In this document: positions 55,123-64,000 of the stretch, piece by piece | How positions within the stretch are numbered: position 1 is the first letter of the stretch | Layout: every line of letters starts with the position of its first letter | Assembly: GCA_964019335.1 (NCBI GenBank) | Contig: OZ025715.1 | Coordinates: 1 to 64,000 of the forward strand | DNA: 64,000 nt | DNA from: Diplonema japonicum | Taxonomy: Eukaryota > Protista > Euglenozoa: Diplonemea | Reading direction: 5' to 3' | The notes under the pieces: generated by a model | What the model was told of the DNA's origin: nothing | Database searches by the model: none | Seen by the model: the letters and a program-made list of their open reading frames with translations, nothing else | Program-made: the position numbers and the translations under genes

Positions 55123-55546
55123 GTACCTCTTACTGTTGTGCGCGCGCTAAAAGTGTTTAGTTGAGAAGAAAAGAGAAACTGTGCAAAAGCAGCAACCGCG
55201 TCTCGAGAGGAGTACTGTGACAGCTGTCTTGCGAGACAAACGTTCAACGTCTCGCCTTGTCTTGTCTTCGTCTTGAGATGATATACCTTTTGCACCCTGT
55301 TTTTCTTTTCTTCTTCAGAATCTTTTGTTTCGCTTTTCTTTTTTTTTATATCCCCTTCTTGTTGTTTTCGATATGTGTGCTGAAGTAGCTAAACCCAACG
55401 AAAAAAAAAAAAAAAAAAAAAAAAAAAGTCGTACCAACTGTGCCACTTGATGTTTCACTCCTCCCCCCTCACTGCTGCTTTGTTTTGCCCCCTTCCCCCC
55501 CTTGTCTTTCCATTCGCACATAGCAACTCACAGTAATGCTTCGGTG

Positions 55547-56479
55547 ATGAGACGTGTGTTTAGGATTCCGAATGCTTTGACAGTTATAAAAGTCACGGTG
55601 GTAGCGCTGTTGGTGGCGGGGCTGTGTTTCGGGGTGTCCCATCAACCCGCGGAGGTAAAACCTGTGGCAACACCAATCCGGAGAGAGACCAACGTGCGAC
55701 CAGAGTACCTGGCAAAGCAGGCACAGAAGAGCGGTCTGCGTTCCAAACTGTGCGGACCTCACGACCACGAGGAAGAGTGGTTCAAGAAGCATCTCACAAA
55801 ACTAGACGGCAACAATATTCTCAGCAAACAATGGGGTGCTGCCGCCATGCTCCAGTCGTTGGACGAGGTGTCTATGATAAAAACAGGATGTCGCGCGCTG
55901 CTTTTCACGCGGCGATGGGATGTTGCCGTGCATCTTGTATCTCGTGGGTGCAGGGTGACGGTGGCACACTCACCAAGCGGACCGATCACTTCTGACAACT
56001 GGCAGGCTGCAGCTGTTGTTCCTGAGAAAATTGCAAAACCTGCTCGAGACATGTTGACATTCCGTCCTGTTGATCCCAGAGTGCTGCCAGTGGACTTGAT
56101 GCATGGTGATTTCGATTTCGTGTGGTCAGACGAGGTGGTGACTGGTGGCAGTGAGATACTCGAGTCAGAGTCTCACATTAAACAAACATTGAGATGCCTC
56201 TCGCGTGGCGGGGTCGCCTTCTTTACGTTCAGTTTTGACGTCACACATTATAGCTCGTCTGTGACCTCAGTTAAGCATCCTCGCAATGTTGAACTCGATT
56301 TGTGGAATGCAGCAGTGACCTCTATGAACTGCACGGTGCTCCCACTTGACCTTTCCGTGGACCCCGACTTTGCCAAGTACATCGGCACGCAAACGTGCTA
56401 CACTGAGAAACTTATATTTTTCACTAGCAACATCATCATCCCTATGCTTTATGTGCTGCAAGCTCCTACATATGGCTAG
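55547..56479 (+). CDS. Membrane-anchored degenerate class I SAM-methyltransferase-like protein
   Basis: N-terminal TM; SKQW, SRGCRV, DFDFVWS, RCLSRGGVAFFT; glycine-rich motif I is not recognisable. Confidence 0.6.
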   Translation: MRRVFRIPNALTVIKVTVVALLVAGLCFGVSHQPAEVKPVATPIRRETNVRPEYLAKQAQKSGLRSKLCGPHDHEEEWFKKHLTKLDGNNILSKQWGAAAMLQSLDEVSMIKTGCRALLFTRRWDVAVHLVSRGCRVTVAHSPSGPITSDNWQAAAVVPEKIAKPARDMLTFRPVDPRVLPVDLMHGDFDFVWSDEVVTGGSEILESESHIKQTLRCLSRGGVAFFTFSFDVTHYSSSVTSVKHPRNVELDLWNAAVTSMNCTVLPLDLSVDPDFAKYIGTQTCYTEKLIFFTSNIIIPMLYVLQAPTYG

Positions 56480-57033
56480 TTTTGTTTTTTTTTTTACCCA
56501 CCCCCCTTTTTTTATTTTATGTAATCGGGGTATCATTCTAAAGGGGGGGGTTTTTTTATGTGCAATTTCTTTTTTCCCCTTTTGCAATAATGAATGATTT
56601 TCACGCCCGGGCCTTAACAGGGGAAGCCCTGAGGAGAGTAATTTAAGACAGGCCATGCCAAGGGCTTGCATGGTGCAAATATATAGTATTCCCATGGCCC
56701 GTGTCAAAGCACTAGACTACATACACCAGGCGTTCATGTGCCTGGGCAACGTTACTGGCTGAGATATGTTGATCGGCAGCTTAGCATCCCGGTATTACCT
56801 TTTGAGTGATATCCCTTCTTGAATAAAACATCGTGTCATGCCGAAATCAGTGCCAGATGTCACTTGCGGGCCATAATAGGTTAACGAGAAACCGTGGGAC
56901 CCGCAAGTAAAGTCCGATTTTCTATCGATGATTTTTTTTTTTTTTTTTGTTTTTTTTTTTTTTTGTTTTCTCTTCTTTGTCCAGTGCGCGTCCAACGTTC
57001 CACGCAACACACCACACACAGGTTGCTCGCAAA

Positions 57034-59437
57034 ATGGGAATCGAAAGGCGTCCTGACCCTATCAGCAACGATGGGAAGCAGTACACCCTTGATGAGTTCA
57101 TAGAGTACTATGGCAAGGACAAGGGCATGATTCTTTGGGAAGGCGACAGGAGGGCCAACAGGCAGCAGAACCGAGCCCCCAGGGGTCCCAGGGGTCCAAG
57201 GTACGAGATCGGCAGCTCTGTCCGAGCTCTCGTGAGGCTCGAGGGTGACCGCAACCAGGTGGTGAAGATGGGTGCCATCGGGAAGGTGACCGCTCTGCCC
57301 GGAGCCAACAGCACTGTCGAGCACGGTGCTGTTGCGGAGGTTATCATCAACGGCGTGCGTTTCGACGCCCAGCCCGACATGATCGCACCCGCCGACAGGC
57401 CCGCCCCCAACACCAGGGACCAGCCCCGAAGAGACCAGGGTGGCCGTCCGGGCCCCGCTGGCAAGGAGGAGCGCCGCAAGGACCCCACAGACCCCAAGGG
57501 CCCCGCCTACAGCCTCAACGACTTCATCAGCCACTACGGCAAGGACAAGGGCACTACCATATGGAAAAACGCCGGCAGGCCTGCTGAGGTTGAAAAGCGT
57601 TCCGACCCCTCCGAGAAGAACGGCAAGATGTACACCAGGGAAGAGTTCATCGCCCACTACGGGCCCCAGGAGGGCGGCGCCAAGTGGAGGGACGGTGCCA
57701 AGAAGGACAAGAAGAAGGTTGAGAAGCCTGAGACCCGCCATGACCCCTCGGACCCTAACGGCAAGAAGACCTACACTCGTGAGGAATTCATCAAGTTCTA
57801 CGGTGAGAAGGAAGGTGCTATCATCTGGAAGAAGGCTGGTTCTAAGAAGGCCGCCCCCAAGCCCGCCAAGGTACCAGGCAATATTCTTTATTTACACACA
57901 CAGGCTGAGGCTCCCGAGAAGCGCTCCGACCCCAGCGAGCCCGAGAGCAAGAAGACCTACACCAAGAAGGAGTTCCTTGACCTTTACGGTGAGAAGAAGG
58001 GCACTAACATCTGGAAGAAGGCTGGCAAGGCCCTCGCTACTGTTGAGGTGAAGGCCCCCAAGAAGGTATGCCACAAGTACTTCACACACACACACAGGCT
58101 GACGGTCCCGAGAAGCGCCCCGACCCCAGCGAGCCCGGTAGCAAGAAGACCTACACCAAGAAGGAGTTCCTTGACCTTTACGGTGAGAAGAAGGGTGCCA
58201 ACGTCTGGAAGAAGGCTGGCAAGGCCATCGCTACTGTTGAGGCTAAGGCCCCCAAGAAGGTATGCCACAAGGTGCAATGAGAACTTGAACAGGCTGACGG
58301 TCCCGAGAAGCGCTCTGACCCCAGCGAGCCTGAGAGCAAGAAGACCTACACCAAGAAGGAGTTCCTTGACCTTTACGGTGAGAAGAAGGGCACTAACATC
58401 TGGAAGAAGGCTGGCAAGGCCCTTGCCTCCGTTGAAGAAAAGGCCCCTAAGAAGGTATTATTGAAACATTATGTAACGAACACACAGGCTGACGGTCCCG
58501 AGAAGCGCCCCGACCCCAGCGAGCCCGGTAGCAAGAAGACCTACACCAAGAAGGAATTCCTTGACCTTTACGGTGAGAAGAAGGGTGCCAACGTCTGGAA
58601 GAAGGCTGGCAAGGCCCTCGCTACTGTTGAGGTGAAGGCCCCCAAGAAGGTATGCTCCAAAATGCAACTGAGAACTTGAACAGGCTGACGGTCCCGAGAA
58701 GCGCTCCGACCCCAACGAGCCCGAGAGCAAGAAGACCTACACCAAGAAGGAGTTCCTTGACCTTTACGGTGAGAAGAAGGGTGCCAACATCTGGAAGAAG
58801 GCTGGCAAGGCCCTGAACGCTGAGGTATGCAGCAACAACAACAACAACAACAACAACAACACAGCCTAAGGAGGACAAGCGCTCCGACCCCAACGAGCCC
58901 GACAGCAAGAAGACCTACACCAAGAAGGAGTTCCTTGACCTTTACGGTGAGAAGAAGGGTGCCGCCATCTGGAAGAAGGCTGGGCAGGGTGCCAAGAAGG
59001 CTGAGAAGGAGAAGGCAGAGAAGCCGGTGAAGGTGACGGACGAGAAGAAGAAGTTCACGCTGAAGAGGGAGAGCGAGGAGGAGGCGATCGGGTGGTCGAG
59101 GGACCAGAAGTTCAACCTGATCGACGTGGATGAGGACTCAGTGGCGGCCAAGGCTGGGCTCACTGCTGGGCTCAGGGTGCTGTCCGTGAACGGGACCAGG
59201 GTGAACAAGAAGACCAACATCCCCAAGATCGTCAAGGAGGCAGGTCTGGAGGTAGAGCTCGAGGCTGTGGAGGTTCGCAAGGACAGCAACGAGTTCTTCA
59301 CCCGTAGGGAGTTCTCTGAGTACTACGCTGCAGACGGCGAGGCCAAGTGGGCCAAGGCCGGCAAGAAGAGGACCAAGAAGGTCAAGAAGGACACAGAGGC
59401 CACAGAAGAGAAGAAGGAGGCGGCTGCTGAGAACTGA
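57034..59437 (+). CDS. Lys-rich repeat protein with about 11 copies of an EKRxDPS..YTKKEFLDLYGE..W module and a PDZ-like domain
   Basis: Introns 57871-57903, 58066-58097, 58260-58292, 58455-58487, 58650-58683, 58825-58864 restore one frame. DSVAAKAGLTAGLRVLSVNG is PDZ-like. Confidence 0.88.
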
Positions 59438-61367
59438 GCATAACCTTTGACTGAAAAATAAAAAAAAAAAAATAATAACACACACTGAGATAGAGCACAA
59501 AGGGCAGCAAGGTTTAAGGGGAGCTACACCTGACTGAGAGAGAGAGTGTGAGAGAAAAATAATCTTTTTTTTTTTAAAGTGTTGGTTTATCCATCTTCCC
59601 CATTCCCCTCCCATTTTAAACAGCATTTGATTCCGTTTTTGAGGTGACGGGCATTGGTGGTGTTGGAAAAAAAAATTTTTTTTTCAAAAAAGAGAAAAAA
59701 AAAAAACTCAAGGAGGGAATGGTGGCAAAAAAAAATAAGGGGGAAAGAAAAAAAAAGAAGAAGAAAAAAAAAACCCATTGTATAAAAAAAAAAAAAAAAA
59801 AAAGAAAGTCACTCTTATAAAGAGGAGGGTGTTCGAATGGTAAAAATTAAAAAGAAAAAAAAAGGGGGAATATGGGGGGGGGAAAATGGGGGGCACGACG
59901 CATAAAGAAGACCCGAGGGGGAAAAAAGTGAAAAAGAGAAGCACGAAAAATAACTGTAGGCAATATGGGGTCTTTAGGCTAAAAAAGGGTAGGAACGGGA
60001 AAATATTTAAAAAAGGGAAGGGACAGCACAAGGTAGAAATGAGGAAAAAAAAAGAAAAAAAAGTAAGTGCTTGAGTCAGGGTGTTACATTTTCTTTTCTT
60101 TCTTTTTTTTTTAATGCACGGTAAGAGGCTATTCTTGCACTCATACGGGAGAGAAGAGGGAAAAAAAAAATCCCCTACAAAAATAAAGAAGTGAGGAGCC
60201 CTTGTAGTAGCCAATCTTTCCAAAAAGAAAAAAAGGAGAAAAAAAAAAAAGCACTCTGATTTCCTTCTTTTTTTTTAGTATTTTTTTCAATAACAAGATA
60301 GTTGTCCTTCCAAAAAAAAGAAAAAAAAAATGAACTTTTTTTTTCCCTTCTGCCTACCCAACTTAGTCGAAATGTACCCTCCACTGGCTACCTTCTTACT
60401 TTCGAAAAAAAAGTTTCTTTTTTTTTCTCTTTTTTTCCTCTTGCCTCTTTTGTTTTTTTTTAATTGCACACCCTCTTATTCCTCCCCCCTTTTTCATTTT
60501 TCTTTCTTTTTTTTTATCTGAGCCACCCCTCGGCAGCATTCCAATTTTCTTTTCTTTTTTTCTTCACCCCCGAAGCAGTGACACCCCCCTCCATCCTTCC
60601 CACCAAAATAAACACAGAAAATTTAAAAAAAAAAAAGTTAAAAATTTTTTTTAAAAAAGAAAGGAAAACACTTTGGCACATTTTGCGGCACAAAAGTAAA
60701 AGCAAGAAAGAGCGTAGAATTACGGAAGGTGGCGCATGAAGTGGGCGAAAAAAAATTTTTTTTTTTCTCTCCCCCCTTTTTTCTACCCCCAGAGTCTTCT
60801 ATTCTTGCTCTTCCTGGCTAAGCTTTAAGCCGTTTGTGTCTGTTTACTTTAAAATGGTTTACTGCAGCATTTCACCCCCATTTTTTCAACGCTACACACG
60901 CCTATTAAAAAAAAAAATGTTACAAATAAGGGGGGGGAAGGTACGAAGGGAAACCCCTCCTTTTTATTTTTGCTCTTTTTCCCCCCTCTTTTACAACCTC
61001 CCCTCTTTTTATCCCCCCTTTTTTTATTGGCAAATAATTAAAAAAAAAAAGAAAATCTGCGAAAATGAAAATAAATAAATAAAAGGGGCACATATGTTGT
61101 GGTGTAATCTTAACACGACTTTCGGCAAAAAGAGAAAAAAAGAGAAACCTTGAAATAAACAACCTAAGCCTGAAAACTATGTTAAGTCCATGCACAAGAC
61201 GAGAACCCTTTTATACATTTTTTTTTTTTTTTCCAATATTTTTTTTTTTTTTTACATCCCCCTCTTCACTCCCGTGACTATATAAATTAAAAAGAAAAAA
61301 AAAGTGTACACCTTATGCATAATTTTCCCTGTTTTTTTTTTTTTTGCTCTTTTTTTTTTCCCTCTTC

Positions 61368-61405
<38 letters not shown>

Positions 61406-62397
61406 CTTTATTTTTTTTTAAAAAAAAAATCTTTTGACACGGGCTCTTTCGCAATAGGGAGGGAGGAAATGAAAAGAGACCTACCAAGAGGGGGGAAAAA
61501 AAAAGGAAAAAGAGAAAAAAAAAAGAAGAGAATTGGTGACAAAACAAAGGAAGAGACATGCTTTCTTTTTTTTTTTTGTATGTGTGTTTGCTGGTGTAGT
61601 TCGTGCAAAGAAAAATGAGTAAGAAGGACATAGGGACAAAAGAGCTGACAACGGACTTAAAAAAAAAAAGCCTTCTTCTCACACGCACCCCCTCCCCTCC
61701 CTGTCCCTCCTCTTGATACCGACAAAATTCCTCCCTTTTGATAAGACGTTGATTGTTTCTTTATTTTATTTTTTCTCTCTTTCTCTCTCTATTATTTTCA
61801 TCGGGCGACACCAAGCCAGGTTCCCCTTAAGCCCCCTTTCTGCTCTTCTCCCTCTCCCTACTCCCCCAGCCAAGAAAAAAAAAAAAAAAAACCATTTTTG
61901 TCTAACTGTCTTGTCTCTTTACCCTGTCCAAAGCACTGACACAAAAGCATGCACACACACACTGATATTGATGAATGACATGAAGAAAAAAAAAAGAGAA
62001 AAAAAAAAGAAGAGCCCTCTACTTTTATTCTTGTTACCATTCTTCCTCTTTTTATTTCTCTCCTTTTTTTTTTTTCCCCTTGACACAACACATCTTCAAG
62101 GATTTTTTTTTTATCTTCCCCCACCTTTTCCGAATGATGAGCCTACAACAAAGTCTTAAAAAAAAAAAATTGGGAAATTTTGGAAAAAAAAAGAAGAAAA
62201 AAAGCGTTGAGGAGAAAAAAAAAAAAAAAACAAAACAAAAACAAAAAACCACCCTTTTTTTATCCCCACCACACTTCACAATTTTTCCCCCTCCCCCGCG
62301 CCCTTTTTTTTTTATATTTTTTTTCTCTTTTTTTCAGTTTTCCCATTTTGGAAAAGAAAAAAAAAAAAAACGCAGAAAAAAAAAAAAGAAAAAAAAA

Positions 62398-63343
62398 ATG
62401 CTTGAAGCCATACAGACACATGATTACAGGAAGATCGCGAGAGTGATGGAAGACAAGGTGGTGAAGCAGGAATGGGTCGACGAAGCAGTGGCGACAGGAA
62501 ACGCAATGGCCTTGACTCTGTTGAAGAAGCACGGTGCGGTAGTGGGCGAGGACGCCGTCGAAAAAATGGTGAAGCTGGGACACGTCGGTGTCTGCGTGCT
62601 GCTGGACAGCGATAACACCAACACCAAGGGGAAAGCCCTGGTAGCGATGGCCGCAGCCTCTGGCCACAACGACCTTGCAGAGGTTCTATTGGAAAGATCT
62701 TTCGACCCGAACGAGAAGGACGCCTCCGGCAACACCGCTCTGCACTATGCAGCAAAGAGCGAATCCTCCGACTTAGTAAAGAGCCTCATTCTCTTCAAAG
62801 CGAAAAACGATCTGAAAAATAAAGACGGGAAGGTACCCGCTGATCTCATCCCTGCAACAAACAAGCAGCTCATCAAGGAAGTCAACAAGACCCCCGTCAC
62901 AGGCGAGAAGGCTGCCGCCATGGCTGCACGTTTCAAGGCGCAGGGCAACAAGGTCTTCGCAGAAGGCGAGTTCTGCAAGGCGGCCAAGTTCTACACAGCC
63001 TCCATTTCTCACGATGCCGGCAACCACGTCCTCTACTCTAATAGATCCGCGTGCTTCTTCAACCAGAAGAAGTACACCCGAGGTCTTGCTGATGCTGCGC
63101 AGTGTGTGGCCCTGAACCCCTCGTGGGCCAAGGGGTACTTCCGAAAGGGGTCGTGCTTAGTCCAGCTTGAGCTTCCTGAAGCGGCGATGGAGGTGTGGAT
63201 TTGGGAGGGTAAAAGGGGGGGAAATCTTTTTTAAAAATAAAATAAAATAGACATATGAGGCTGGTCTGAAAATCGACAAGAAGAACAACGACCTTGTGAA
63301 AGCCAGAGACCAGCTGCTTAAGGACATGAAAAACAGGAAGTAG
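62398..63343 (+). CDS. Ankyrin repeat + TPR (STI1-like) protein
   Basis: GNTALHYAA; KAQGNKVF..YSNRSACF..PSWAKGYFRKG. Intron 63193-63250. Confidence 0.88.
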
Positions 63344-63764
63344 GAAGAGAATGAGAGAGAGAGAGAAAAAAAAAAAAAAAGAAGAAGAAGAAGAAGAATG
63401 GGGGGAAAAGGGAGAGTGCTCGTAGATTTTGACGTTACCCCCCTCCTTACCCCCTTCGTTTTTTGTTTTTTGTTTTAGATTAGTGTGTCACATTCCCCCA
63501 TCTTTTTTTACCCCCCCCTTTTTTTCTTTTAACCCAACCCAGTTTTTTTTTCGTTTCTCATTTTACCCTGTCCTTACGCTTCACAACCCCCTCTTTTTTT
63601 TTTCTTTCTTTCTTTTCTCGATGACATCACATCTTTTTTATTCCCTTTTTTTTTTTTTTTTGCCCCATCCTTCCCCTTCCATGTTATCCTTTCTTATAGG
63701 TTGGCCGAGCTTCTTTCTAGAGGGAAAAAAAAAAGAGAGAGAAAAAAAAAAAAAAAAAAAAAGA

Positions 63765-64000
63765 ATGCCATCAAATAAAGTCCTACTAACGGCCTTGCTC
63801 GGCTTCACAGTGGTAATGATGTTGAGGGTTATAGGGACCGGGCGGGGGGGAGAAAAGGGGTTACACTACACAGTTGGGATCTGTGCCTCTGTGAAGGACG
63901 ACGATAAGTGGTTGGAGGAGTGGATCGATTTCCACGAAAAAGTTGGCGTGGAACAAATATTTCTCATAGACGACGGGAGCACCGACAACACCGCCAGCAT
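63765..64000 (+). CDS. Partial type II membrane glycosyltransferase (GT2/GT92-like), runs off the window
   Basis: Not in the ORF track: MPSNKVLLTALLGFTVVMMLRV...GICASVKDDDKWLEEWIDFHEKVGVEQIFLIDDGSTDNT. Confidence 0.8.
   Translation, partial: MPSNKVLLTALLGFTVVMMLRVIGTGRGGEKGLHYTVGICASVKDDDKWLEEWIDFHEKVGVEQIFLIDDGSTDNTAS

Noticed and set aside
56629-56660. Hammerhead ribozyme core (CTGAGGAG)
   Set aside because: No stem II followed by GAAA and no closing helices.
1-64000. tRNA or rRNA genes
   Set aside because: No cloverleaf or rRNA-like sequence recognised; the GGTTCGA hits I noticed lie inside coding exons.

Overview
Eukaryotic nuclear DNA, almost certainly a diplonemid (Euglenozoa). Support: a 39-nt diplonemid-type spliced-leader (SL) exon copy at 678-716, a kinetoplastid-like SDH1, one long unidirectional gene cluster, and about 27 mostly 31-40 nt GT-AG cis introns with A/C-rich ...ACAG acceptors. 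Layout: (i) 1-3 kb is a minus-strand retro-patchwork containing a (GGGTTTGC)n array, two fragments of a CRE/SLACS-clade non-LTR retrotransposon, the SL exon, a short element headed by an intact HDV-like self-cleaving ribozyme (plus a decayed second copy) and a metallophosphoesterase pseudogene. (ii) 3.9-10.6 kb holds hAT-like TIR elements, an intronless CCCH/repeat/RBR E3 ligase gene and a decayed ORF. (iii) 10.7-19.6 kb is a nested DNA-transposon island at the divergent strand switch, with strong CpG->TpG/CpA decay. (iv) 20.1-64 kb is a plus-strand cluster of about 20 genes: UBAC2-like, mucin-stalk multi-TM protein, vWA, bromodomain-MRG, a 70-aa microprotein, ODA-DC2/CCDC114, glutathione synthetase, XRN-like with C-terminal TM, TBCE-like, Ubl + chlamydial Slc1/CesT-like, coiled-coil, TLDc, PI4K type II, SDH1, 2H phosphoesterase, tandem GH18-like, degenerate methyltransferase, exon-repeat protein, ankyrin-TPR and a partial glycosyltransferase. 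A decayed pogo-like transposon interrupts the cluster. All family assignments come from motif recognition by eye; no searches were run.
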